From positions 1-37,020 of the IMG/VR virus record IMGVR_UViG_3300011337_000066: a stretch of 37,020 nucleotides of DNA. One strand, 5' to 3'. The stretch's first letter is position 1, and each line of letters starts with the position of its first letter. The DNA comes from a virus (lineage: Duplodnaviria; Caudoviricetes). The notes under the pieces were generated by a model. It ran no database searches. It was not told the DNA's origin and saw nothing but the letters and a program-made list of their open reading frames with translations. The position numbers were made by a program, and so were the translations under genes. Below, piece by piece: positions 15,215-24,254 of the stretch.

Positions 15215-15438
15215 TGTTGGTGTAAACGGTTTGGCTCCGTGGGACTTCCGTTCAGTTGCGCCCAACCCTGCCATAAGGGAGACACCAACCAACACGCATG
15301 GGGACTGCCAGCCACAGGTAGCCAATTGAGGCTTCTTGCTCGTTGGACAAACAGTCTCCAGCCGTGTTGGTGAATGAAGATCCCGCAAAAAGTCAGCGAG
15401 CCGTCTGAGCCATGTCGGGGATAAACGGCCCACCAACA
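15215..15438 (+). ncRNA. Cluster of three interlocking stem-closed RNA units (putative small RNAs)
   Basis: GTTGGTG(T)...(A)CACCAAC closing stems twice, plus a central CCAACACG-CA-TGGGGACTG / CAGTCTCCA-GC-CGTGTTGG stem. Confidence 0.5.
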
Positions 15439-15454
15439 ACCTATAAGGATGCTC

Positions 15455-15790
15455 ATGGGCTTGATGTTCCCGAAGTACACCTACTATCGAAGCAAGACCC
15501 ACCTTAAGAATGTGGCATCTTTGCTCTGTCAGCACTGTGGACGGGACGGGTCAGTACAAGCGGCGCACTCCAATTGGTCAGAACATGGCAAAGGCAGAGG
15601 GATAAAGGCAAGCGATATTTATACCGCCGCGCTCTGTCAAGACTGTCATCAAGAGCTAGATCAAGGAAAACATCTGTCCAAAGACGAGAGAAAACGCCTA
15701 TGGATAGAGGCGCACAAGAAAACCGTCTTTACAATGCAGATGTTGGATTTGTGGCCCCGAGACATTGGAATACCATTAGAATATGAGTAA
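15455..15790 (+). CDS. Zn-binding HNH-like nin-region protein (DUF968/DUF1364-like)
   Basis: CQHCG...QAAHSN...GKGRGIKASD...AALC..CH..LD. Confidence 0.75.
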   Translation: MGLMFPKYTYYRSKTHLKNVASLLCQHCGRDGSVQAAHSNWSEHGKGRGIKASDIYTAALCQDCHQELDQGKHLSKDERKRLWIEAHKKTVFTMQMLDLWPRDIGIPLEYE

Positions 15791-15835
15791 CCGATGCTGG
15801 TGGTCTTTCCTCCCACAAGTGAACAGTCTGAGGCC

Positions 15836-15857
15836 GGGGCTTCGGCCCCTCTTTTTT
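15836..15857 (+). terminator. Rho-independent terminator
   Basis: GGGGC-TTCG-GCCCC followed by TCTTTTTT. Confidence 0.85.
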
Positions 15858-15868
15858 AAGGGTTTTTT

Positions 15869-16324
15869 ATGACCGGACTTTTAGCCCCTGCTGCTGAAAT
15901 CAGCATCGAGATCAAACAAAGCAAAGCAATGGATGAGGGCGATTCATGCCCCGTTGCCACTCAAGATGTTGAGGCGAACTTGAAGTGTCGCCAAAAAGCG
16001 ATTGACAAGGCAATGTATGGGCCGATGAACCCCAACGAACCAAATAACGACTATTGGCGCAAGCTGGCAGAGGGTTGGCGTCTTTCTGCTGGTCAAGCAA
16101 AGAAATCCACTTGCGGTAATTGCGCGGCATTCATTCAGACCACTAAGATGCTGGACTGCATTGATAAGGGCATGGGTGAGGACACAGACGCATGGGATGT
16201 GATTGAAGCGGGTGATTTGGGCTACTGTGAGGTGTGGGACTTCAAATGTGCCTCTAAACGCACTTGCTCGGCATGGATTGTTGGTGGCCCCATTACTGAT
16301 GAATCGGAAGGTGAAGAATCATGA
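15869..16324 (+). CDS. Cys-rich conserved phage hypothetical protein
   Basis: YGPMNP, CGNCAAF, GYCE.WDFKCASKRTC.AW. Confidence 0.7.
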   Translation: MTGLLAPAAEISIEIKQSKAMDEGDSCPVATQDVEANLKCRQKAIDKAMYGPMNPNEPNNDYWRKLAEGWRLSAGQAKKSTCGNCAAFIQTTKMLDCIDKGMGEDTDAWDVIEAGDLGYCEVWDFKCASKRTCSAWIVGGPITDESEGEES

Positions 16325-16497
16325 TGAAAATGAAGATGACCCCTGCCGGACAAAAGAAGGTCGGTAAGGTAATGCACGAGTACAAGATGGGTGAACTGCA
16401 CTCCGGCAAAGGTGGGAAAGTGGTAAAGAACCCTAAACAAGCCATTGCCATCAGTCTGAGTGAGGCAGCAAAGGTCATGAAAAAGAGAATGAAATGA
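16321..16497 (+). CDS. Small basic protein (DUF6496-like)
   Basis: KVGKVMHEYK.GELHSGKGG.VVKNPKQAIAI.LSEA; not in ORF track. Confidence 0.75.
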   Translation: MMKMKMTPAGQKKVGKVMHEYKMGELHSGKGGKVVKNPKQAIAISLSEAAKVMKKRMK

Positions 16498-16649
16498 AAG
16501 GCTTGTACGCCAACATTCATGCCAAACAAGAGCGCATAAAGGCTCAAAAGGCTGCGGGTGTAAAGCCCGAGCGCATGAGAAAAGTCGGTAGTAAGGGTGC
16601 GCCCACTGCGGCTGCATTTAAGGCTGCTGCTAAAACCGCAAAGAAATGA
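16494..16649 (+). CDS. Small basic hypothetical protein
   Basis: MKGLYANIHAKQERIKA...MRKVGSKGAPTAAAFKAAAKTAKK; ATGA overlaps. Confidence 0.7.
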   Translation: MKGLYANIHAKQERIKAQKAAGVKPERMRKVGSKGAPTAAAFKAAAKTAKK

Positions 16650-16897
16650 TTAAGCGCGGCAAAGAATCATTCTCGGGGTACAACGCCCCAAAGAAAACCC
16701 CATCCCACCCTACTAAAAGTCATGCGGTGCTGGCAAAGAGTGGGGATGAGGTAAAGCTGATTCGTTTTGGTCAGCAGGGTGTAAAAGGCTCTCCGGACGG
16801 GACAAAGCGCAACGAAGCATTCAAGGCCAGACACGCTGACAACATCGCTAAGGGCAAGATGAGTGCGGCATATTGGGCCAATAAAGTGAAGTGGTGA
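16646..16897 (+). CDS. Small basic hypothetical protein
   Basis: KLIRFGQQG...FKARH...SAAYWANKVKW. Confidence 0.7.
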   Translation: MIKRGKESFSGYNAPKKTPSHPTKSHAVLAKSGDEVKLIRFGQQGVKGSPDGTKRNEAFKARHADNIAKGKMSAAYWANKVKW

Positions 16898-16928
16898 CAA
16901 ATTGTAACAATCACCAAACCGAAAGGAA

Positions 16929-18152
16929 GTGATGGACAGAAAACTTGAGTGGCGACAGATCGCTGACTTAATTCCTTACGCAAGGAATGCCCGGACCCAT
17001 TCTGATGAACAAGTGGCTCAGATAGCGGCAAGCATTAAAGAGTTTGGGTGGACTAACCCGATTCTTGTTGATGGCGAAAATGGCATCATTGCAGGGCATG
17101 GAAGGCTTGCAGCGGCTAGAAAGCTTGGAAACACAGAAGTACCCGTCATTGAACTAACGGGGCTGTCTGAGGCTCAAAAACGGGCTTACATACTGGCAGA
17201 CAATAAACTAGCCCTCAATGCTGGATGGGATACAGATATGCTCATTGAGGAGCTAAAAGAACTCAAAGAGATGGATTTTGATCTTGAGTTGACCGGATTC
17301 AGCGACAAAGAAATATCCGACTTTTTGGTTGAAGAAGTGGAGGGGCTAACCGATGAGGATGCCATTCCCGATGTGCCGGAAGAACCAAAGACAAAATTAG
17401 GCGACATTTACCAATTAGGTAAACATCGATTGATGTGCGGGGATTCGTGCAGCCTTACCGACATGGAAAAGCTGTGTGATGGACAGCTTGTGGATATGTG
17501 GCTAACAGACCCACCATACAATGTTGCCTACGAAGGCAAGACCAAAGATGCCTTAAAAATTCAAAACGATAGTATGGGTGATGACCAATTCCGTCAGTTT
17601 TTACGGGATGCGTATGTAACTGCTGATCTAGTAATGAAGGCTGGTGCAGTTTTCTATATTTGGCATGCCGACTCAGAAGGTTATAACTTTCGCGGTGCGG
17701 CACAAGATGCTGGTTGGAAAGTACGCCAATGCCTAATTTGGAAGAAGTCGACTATGGTCATGGGCCGACAAGACTACCATTGGAAGCACGAACCTTGCCT
17801 TTATGGGTGGAAGGAAGGCGCAGGACACCTTTGGGCAACAGACCGAAAACAGACGACCATATTGGAGTTTGATAAACCAAGCCGAAATGGTGAACATCCA
17901 ACTATGAAGCCCGTAGCTCTTTTTGAATACCAAATGCTCAATAACACTAAAGGCGGTGACATTGTGCTTGATTCCTTTGGTGGAAGCGGAACAACATTAT
18001 TAGCTGCTGAAAAAAATGGACGCTATGCCCGACTGATGGAGCTAGACCCCAAGTATTGCGATGTCATAGTAAAGCGATGGGAAGACTTCACGGGCAAAAA
18101 GGCTAAGTTAGTAAGTGCTGACGCCGAACTTTCGGAATTAGAAACGGTGTAA
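16929..18152 (+). CDS. ParB-N domain fused to N6-adenine/N4-cytosine DNA methyltransferase
   Basis: PYARNARTH...IIAGHGRL.AA...ADNK (ParB); TDPPYN, HPTMKPV, VLDSFGGSGTT, ELDPKYCDVIV.RW (beta-class MTase). Confidence 0.93.
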   Translation: MMDRKLEWRQIADLIPYARNARTHSDEQVAQIAASIKEFGWTNPILVDGENGIIAGHGRLAAARKLGNTEVPVIELTGLSEAQKRAYILADNKLALNAGWDTDMLIEELKELKEMDFDLELTGFSDKEISDFLVEEVEGLTDEDAIPDVPEEPKTKLGDIYQLGKHRLMCGDSCSLTDMEKLCDGQLVDMWLTDPPYNVAYEGKTKDALKIQNDSMGDDQFRQFLRDAYVTADLVMKAGAVFYIWHADSEGYNFRGAAQDAGWKVRQCLIWKKSTMVMGRQDYHWKHEPCLYGWKEGAGHLWATDRKQTTILEFDKPSRNGEHPTMKPVALFEYQMLNNTKGGDIVLDSFGGSGTTLLAAEKNGRYARLMELDPKYCDVIVKRWEDFTGKKAKLVSADAELSELETV

Positions 18153-18154
18153 TC

Positions 18155-18493
18155 ATGCAGGGAAAACAACACATTCCAACTGAGGAAAGCCGGAAACTGG
18201 CAAGGACACTAAGCGCGGTGGGGATACGCTTTGAGGATATTGCTGGCAAGCTGGAGATCAACACCGACACTTTGCAAAAGTATTACAGCAAAGATTTGGC
18301 AGACGGTCGGGTAGATGCAAACGCGAGTATTGGCAAAACCCTATATGAGCAAGCAAAGAACGGGAACACCACAGCAGCTATCTTTTGGCTGAAAACACGG
18401 GCAGGATGGAAGGAAACCACTGTTAACGAGATAACTGGCGCAGATGGCGCAGAATTGGTCATTAGATGGGCACCTCCGAGCGTTCCATCGTAA
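18155..18493 (+). CDS. Putative terminase small subunit (HTH)
   Basis: IA..L.I..DTL.KYY..L..G...GNTTAAIFWLKTRAGWKE...EITGADG; directly before terL. Confidence 0.75.
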   Translation: MQGKQHIPTEESRKLARTLSAVGIRFEDIAGKLEINTDTLQKYYSKDLADGRVDANASIGKTLYEQAKNGNTTAAIFWLKTRAGWKETTVNEITGADGAELVIRWAPPSVPS

Positions 18494-19734
18494 TCCCCTA
18501 CTCCCCAAGAAAAGAGCAATTGCAGATTCACACTCTGCTAGACGCTCACAGATTCGGGGTGGTGGTGGCCCATCGAAGGATGGGAAAGACGGTAAGCGCG
18601 ATCAACCATCTGATTAAAGATGCGGTGACTAACCAAAAGGAAGCACCGAGATACGCTTACATTGCTCCAACATACGGGCAAGCAAAGCGGGTGGCATGGG
18701 ACTACCTCACGAAGTACGCAAGACCGTTAGGCGGTACAGAGAACATTTCCGAGTTACGGGTGGACTTTTGGAACCGTAGGATTCAGCTATACGGGTCAGA
18801 CAATCCCGATTCACTGCGCGGACAGTATTTTGATGGGGTGATTCTTGACGAGATTGGCGACCAAAACCCAAAGATATGGACAGACATAATCCGTCCGGCA
18901 TTGGCTGACAGACTCGGATGGTGTCTCTTTATCGGTACTCCAAAGGGCCACAATCACTTTAAAGACCTCAGAGATCGGGCAGAAACAGAGGACGGGTGGG
19001 GACTTTTAGAGTTCAAAGCCTCCCAAACGCAAGTCTTGAGCGAGACCGAACTCAAGGCGGCTCGGGTCGAAATGGGGGACGACAAGTACCTACAAGAGTT
19101 TGAATGCTCGTTTACCGCTGCGGTAGAGGGGTCGTACTACGGTCAGTTATTGAACGATTTGGACGAAAAGAACCACATTCAAGAGTTTCCCCGTGATGAC
19201 CTTTGTAAGACAGTGGCGGCATGGGACTTGGGAATGGGCGACTCGACAGCGATTTGGGTGGCTCAGATAGCGGGTTCGGAAATCCGGCTGATTGACTTTT
19301 ACGAGAACAACGGGGTCGGACTCGACAATTATGTGAATTGGTTAAGGCATAATGGATGGGACAAAGCCGAGCAAATCCTACCCCATGATGTTCAAGTGCG
19401 GGAACTCGGAACGGGAAAAAGCCGCATGGAGGTATTAACCGATGCGGGATTAAACATTCGGGTTGCCCCGCGCATGGGGGTCGATGATGGAATCCAAGCA
19501 GTGCGAAGGCTACTCCCGCGATGTTGGTTCAATGTGCCAAAGGTCAAACAAGGACTAGACGCACTCAGAAACTACCGGAGGGATTACGATGAAAAGCGCA
19601 AAATCTTTTACGAGCGACCACTTCATGATTGGAGCAGCCATGCTTCTGATGCTTTTCGCTACTTGGCAATCGGTCTAAACGAAACCTCCGGCTGGTCAAA
19701 GATGCCCACTCAAAATGTGAAATGGATTGTGTGA
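18466..19734 (+). CDS. terL: Terminase large subunit
   Basis: Walker A HRRMGKT, Walker B VILDE, IGTPKG, QEFECSF, nuclease WDLG..D and H.SDAFRYLA. Confidence 0.95.
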   Translation: MGTSERSIVIPYSPRKEQLQIHTLLDAHRFGVVVAHRRMGKTVSAINHLIKDAVTNQKEAPRYAYIAPTYGQAKRVAWDYLTKYARPLGGTENISELRVDFWNRRIQLYGSDNPDSLRGQYFDGVILDEIGDQNPKIWTDIIRPALADRLGWCLFIGTPKGHNHFKDLRDRAETEDGWGLLEFKASQTQVLSETELKAARVEMGDDKYLQEFECSFTAAVEGSYYGQLLNDLDEKNHIQEFPRDDLCKTVAAWDLGMGDSTAIWVAQIAGSEIRLIDFYENNGVGLDNYVNWLRHNGWDKAEQILPHDVQVRELGTGKSRMEVLTDAGLNIRVAPRMGVDDGIQAVRRLLPRCWFNVPKVKQGLDALRNYRRDYDEKRKIFYERPLHDWSSHASDAFRYLAIGLNETSGWSKMPTQNVKWIV

Positions 19735-21752
19735 TGGACGAAAACAAACTCAAATCAATCATTGATGCGGAGATTTCCAACAGTCTCGGCTATTTGGAGA
19801 CCGAAACCACTGAACAGCGTAGGGAAGCACTGCAAGCCTATTTGCGGCAACCTTACGGCAATGAGGTAGAGGGCAAGTCTCAGATTGTCACGGGTGAGGT
19901 AGCAGAGGCCGTAGACGGTTCTTTACCGTCATTGGTGCGTATCTTCTCGGCAAGCGATGAGGTGGTGAGGTTTGAACCCCGCGGCCCAAATGATGAGGCC
20001 GGAGCAAAGCAAGCCACTGAGTATGTGAATTGGGTATTCAATCGTGACAACGAAGGCGTGATTATTCTGCACGATTGGTTCAAGGATGCGCTTCTCCAAA
20101 AGGTCGGGGTGGTCAAAGCCTATTGGGAAGATAAAGAAGATGTCATCAAAGAAAAGTACCGCGATCTAACTGAGGACGAACTCGCCATGCTGATGAGCGA
20201 TGGCACTATGGAGATCGTTGAACAAGACACACAAGAATTCGATCAGATGACCCCAATGGGGCCTGTAAAGGTCAAGATTCATGCTGTGACCGTCTCAAAG
20301 AAACAAAAGACGGGCCGTGTGGTGGTCGAGAATGTACCTCCCGAAGAATTCCTAATCTCTAAGAAGGCGCGAAGGATTGAAGGTGCGCCATTCGTTGCCC
20401 ACCGTAAGCTGATGGTTCGCAGCGACTTGATCGCAATGGGCTTTGATGCTGACATTGTGGATGGGCTTCCTTCTAGTGACTCACTGACCTACACGCCGGA
20501 GCGACTCGTTCGGTTCTCTAATGGTGAGCAACCGGATGACTCCACAAGCATGGATGACTCGATGCAGAGTGTGGAAGTGTTTGAGTGCTACCTACGGGCA
20601 GACATGGACGGTGACGGTATCGCTGAACTGCGACAAGTGTTCTATGCTGGCAACGAGATTCTTTCAGATGAAGAATGCGACTATGTGCCATTCCACTCGA
20701 TCTGTCCGATTCCAATCCCGCACAAGTTTTTCGGTCAATCATTGGCTGACCGGACGACAGACATTCAGCTACAAAAGACCACTATTACCCGTCAGATTTT
20801 GGACAACCTCTATCTGACAAACAATGCTCGTGTGACTGCGGTTGACGGGCAAGTTAACTTAGATGACTTGCTGACTGCTACTGCGGGTGGAGTGGTGCGG
20901 ATTAAGTCTCAAGGCGCTGTGCAACCATTACAAGTGCAACCCGTTGCTGGACAAGCATTCCCGATGTTGCAGTATCTTGACTCTGTGGCCCAAAAGCGCA
21001 CCGGAGTGACAGACGCTTCCCAAGGGCTAGACCCCGCTATTTTGCAGAATGTGACTGCTGCGGCTGTGGCATCGATGCAAGCTGCTGGTGCGGGTAAGGT
21101 CGAACTGATCGCACGAATCTTTGCGGAAACGGGTGTTAAGTCTTTGTTTAAGGGGATTCTGCATCTTCTTTGTAAGTATCAAGACAAGCCCCGCATTGTG
21201 CGGATGAGAGGCAATTATGTGGCCTTTGACCCGCGAGAGTGGACGAATCAGTACGATGTGGACATAAATGTTGGTCTCGGTGCTGGAAACCGTCAAGAAC
21301 AGATGGCGATGCTTCAAATGGTCTTGCAAAAACAAGAACAAGTATTGGGACAGATGGGGCCATCTAACCCATTGGTCAGCATTGGTCAGTATCGCAACAC
21401 GCTCGGTCGGATGGTGGAAGCGGCAGGGTTCAAGGATAGCGCAGAGTTCTATAAAGCCATTCCTCCGGAACTCGATCAGCAATTGAGCAACCCACAACCG
21501 CAAGCACCGCAGATGACTCCGGAAGCACAAGCGGCAATGGCAAAGGCTCAAGCGGACATTCAGAACCAACAGATGAAGGCACAAGCTGATATTCAGTTGG
21601 CAAGGGAGAAAGCTGCTGCTGATTTGCAGTTACAGCGCGACAAGTTCCAAGCCGAAATGTTGTTCAGAAAGCAAGAGTTTGAAGCAGAGGCCCAATTGAA
21701 AGCAATGAAGGTAGGTGCAGGGATTACCTCAAACATTGAGATTCCGGGGTAA
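19734..21752 (+). CDS. Portal protein of phage B
   Basis: Follows terL; ~670 aa; DAL..KVG.VK.YW, PIPHKFFG.SLAD..., Gln-rich coiled-coil C-terminus. Confidence 0.9.
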   Translation: MDENKLKSIIDAEISNSLGYLETETTEQRREALQAYLRQPYGNEVEGKSQIVTGEVAEAVDGSLPSLVRIFSASDEVVRFEPRGPNDEAGAKQATEYVNWVFNRDNEGVIILHDWFKDALLQKVGVVKAYWEDKEDVIKEKYRDLTEDELAMLMSDGTMEIVEQDTQEFDQMTPMGPVKVKIHAVTVSKKQKTGRVVVENVPPEEFLISKKARRIEGAPFVAHRKLMVRSDLIAMGFDADIVDGLPSSDSLTYTPERLVRFSNGEQPDDSTSMDDSMQSVEVFECYLRADMDGDGIAELRQVFYAGNEILSDEECDYVPFHSICPIPIPHKFFGQSLADRTTDIQLQKTTITRQILDNLYLTNNARVTAVDGQVNLDDLLTATAGGVVRIKSQGAVQPLQVQPVAGQAFPMLQYLDSVAQKRTGVTDASQGLDPAILQNVTAAAVASMQAAGAGKVELIARIFAETGVKSLFKGILHLLCKYQDKPRIVRMRGNYVAFDPREWTNQYDVDINVGLGAGNRQEQMAMLQMVLQKQEQVLGQMGPSNPLVSIGQYRNTLGRMVEAAGFKDSAEFYKAIPPELDQQLSNPQPQAPQMTPEAQAAMAKAQADIQNQQMKAQADIQLAREKAAADLQLQRDKFQAEMLFRKQEFEAEAQLKAMKVGAGITSNIEIPG

Positions 21753-21779
21753 TCATGCAAACATCATTGGGGAATTGAT

Positions 21780-23033
21780 ATGGCAAAAACCTTATACATA
21801 TATAACCCAGCAGATAATACGATATCTAAAGATGGAGTAACAAGACCATACTTAGGTGGTGTTGGATTTGATGCGCCTACAGTTCAAAGTGGTGGCGGTG
21901 GATTATTTGGAGGTATTAGTGATGCTTTTACTAATGTTTTCCAACCCGTTGAACAATCAGTTAATCAAAATCTAGCTCAACTAGACAAAGATTTAAGCCT
22001 ATCTGAAAACGCCCCGTTATTGGCGGCAATCGCTGTCAGTGTGGCTATGCCGGGGGTTGGCTCTGCCATTGGTCAACAGATGATAGCGGCGGGTTTGCTT
22101 CCGGCTGCTACCTCTGCTGCTGTGGCTACTGCAATTGGGACGGGTGTGGCTAATGCTGCCCTACAAGTGGCACAAGGCAAATCAGCGGAGGATGCTTTAA
22201 AGTCTGCTGTAGTCGGTGGAGTGGCGGGTTTTGCGGGTGGTCAAGTTGGTGACTATTTAGTAGCTGACCCCGGCGCGGTAAAGAACTTTGTCTCAAGCAC
22301 TGCGGCAAACATGGTGGCGGGTAAAGACCCCGAGACTGCTGCTAAGACTGCTCTTGTCCAAACTGGCATACAAGGCACAGCGGATGTAATCTCTACCGCA
22401 CAAGCGGCTAAGTATCTTGAGAATCTTCCTACTCCCGATTACTTGAATGCTGGCCCCGCACCAACAAGCGAAGATGTAATGAAGTTATTTCCGGAGACTA
22501 ATCCGGCAAACATTCAAGGCCCACCGGAACAAATTGATACAACGCTGCTAGACTTAACAACAGCACCATCTACGCCAACCACACAGACATACACCTATGA
22601 GGATGGAAGCACCTTAACGGTTGATGAAAGCGGTGGTGTAGTTGGTTATACAGATGCAACCGAAACCCCATATAAGGGGCCGGTAGAAACACCGTCAAGC
22701 CCACTCACGAAGTCTCAGATTGAGGGGATGATTAAGGTCGGTTTGATGGTTGCTGGAGCAAGCCAAGCAAGCAAGGCAGTGCAAGATGCCATATCTAGCG
22801 GTGGTGATGCGCCTCAAGGCGGTTTCCCATTCACTCCGAGCGACATATCCGGATGGGCAAGCCCCACCTACACACAGACCTTTCAAGGCCCGATAGACCT
22901 AAACTCACTGTTTACCACCGACAATCTGTTAGGCGGCACTCAATGGGCTGGACTGCAAGGCAACCAATTCGCCAATATCCCGCAAGTATCAATGTCTGAT
23001 TTCATATCGAGTATCCAAAATGGAAAAGTTTGA
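21780..23033 (+). CDS. Ala/Gly-rich hypothetical protein (possible virion/ejection protein)
   Basis: Long ORF with hydrophobic Gly-zipper-like stretches, located between portal and scaffold. Confidence 0.6.
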   Translation: MAKTLYIYNPADNTISKDGVTRPYLGGVGFDAPTVQSGGGGLFGGISDAFTNVFQPVEQSVNQNLAQLDKDLSLSENAPLLAAIAVSVAMPGVGSAIGQQMIAAGLLPAATSAAVATAIGTGVANAALQVAQGKSAEDALKSAVVGGVAGFAGGQVGDYLVADPGAVKNFVSSTAANMVAGKDPETAAKTALVQTGIQGTADVISTAQAAKYLENLPTPDYLNAGPAPTSEDVMKLFPETNPANIQGPPEQIDTTLLDLTTAPSTPTTQTYTYEDGSTLTVDESGGVVGYTDATETPYKGPVETPSSPLTKSQIEGMIKVGLMVAGASQASKAVQDAISSGGDAPQGGFPFTPSDISGWASPTYTQTFQGPIDLNSLFTTDNLLGGTQWAGLQGNQFANIPQVSMSDFISSIQNGKV

Positions 23034-23250
23034 ACTTGCCAAAAATCTGCTGTCCGATGAATTCTTCTTAGAAGAAATGGAAGCATTAAAGCAATCTGAA
23101 TTGCTGAATATAGTTAACTCTGCGCCGGAAGATATTGAAGCGCGAGAACTTGCATATTTAAAAATTCATGCTTTACAATCAATTAAAGGCCACTTTGAAT
23201 CAATCGCATCTACGGGGCTAATTGTGAAGAAGCGGTGGAAGATTTTGTAA
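23020..23250 (+). CDS. Small conserved protein preceding scaffold
   Basis: Position and helical composition; positional analogue of 36130..36369. Confidence 0.7.
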   Translation: MEKFELAKNLLSDEFFLEEMEALKQSELLNIVNSAPEDIEARELAYLKIHALQSIKGHFESIASTGLIVKKRWKIL

Positions 23251-23300
23251 TCGTTGATTACACCGTGGCACTCGGTAAGTGCTGACAAAATGGGTTAGAA

Positions 23301-24239
23301 ATGAGTGATAACACGGCTCCGCAAGGAAGTGAATCGCTGAATGTGGAACAAGCTGCTTCTGCATTCTTTGGGTTAATGGACTCTGAACCGAACGCCGAAG
23401 GCCAAGTCGAACAGAGTGCAGATTCAGAGAATGAGGATGGCGTTGATTCCGAGTTGGTGGATTCTGAAGAAGTTGAAACAGAGCGAGCGAGCACTTTTCG
23501 TGTCAAAGCGGCTGGAGAAGAACGCGAAGTAACTCTCGATCAACTTATTGAGGGCTATCAACTTGGGGCCGACTACACAAAGAAGACCCAAACGCTTAGT
23601 GAACAACGCCGTGCTGTGGAAGCAGAACGGTCGAAAATTGACGAAGCAAACAAGGTAAGAGATCAATACGCTCAACGCTTGCAGATGATGGAACAATTCC
23701 TAACTCAGCAAACGAAGGGTGAGAATTTGGATGCTCTGAAGGAAAGTGACCCAATCGGGTATGCGGTTAAGGTAGCAGAAAAGCAGCAACGCAATGAACA
23801 ACTTGCGGTCTTGAAGGCAGAACAACAACGCATTGCTCAACAGCAACAAGCGGAACATTCTGAGAAACTCCAAAGCCATATTGCTCAAGAAAGCCAAAAA
23901 CTTTCTAGTTCTATACCGGGCTACGCAGACCCAAAGACCGGCGACCAAATCCGCAAGGATATTCGGGACTATGCCAAGTCGATAGGGTGGACAGACCAAG
24001 AGTTAGCCAATGTCTATGATTCTCGTGCTGTTTTGAGTTTGTATCACGGTATGAAGTATTCCTCTTTGCAAAAGGGCAAGCCGGAGTTATCCAAAAAGGT
24101 AACCGAAGCACCCCGAATGATTAAGAGTGGAGTTTCCCAACCGAGAGACAATCAAGAACAGCACAAAAAAGCAGTAGCGCAATTGCGTAAGACCGGAAAA
24201 ATCCGTGATGCCGCAAATGCGTTTGAACGGTTCGTTTAA
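23301..24239 (+). CDS. Capsid scaffolding protein
   Basis: Acidic N-terminus, VK..GEE.EVTLD.L..GYQ..ADYTKKTQ.L, coiled coil; precedes the capsid gene. Confidence 0.85.
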   Translation: MSDNTAPQGSESLNVEQAASAFFGLMDSEPNAEGQVEQSADSENEDGVDSELVDSEEVETERASTFRVKAAGEEREVTLDQLIEGYQLGADYTKKTQTLSEQRRAVEAERSKIDEANKVRDQYAQRLQMMEQFLTQQTKGENLDALKESDPIGYAVKVAEKQQRNEQLAVLKAEQQRIAQQQQAEHSEKLQSHIAQESQKLSSSIPGYADPKTGDQIRKDIRDYAKSIGWTDQELANVYDSRAVLSLYHGMKYSSLQKGKPELSKKVTEAPRMIKSGVSQPRDNQEQHKKAVAQLRKTGKIRDAANAFERFV

Positions 24240-24254
24240 CTCAAGGATTCAATC

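Noticed and set aside
15215-15438. Canonical tRNA genes
   Set aside because: No GTTCRA T-loop or 7-nt anticodon loop in the proper geometry; kept only as tRNA-like ncRNA candidates.
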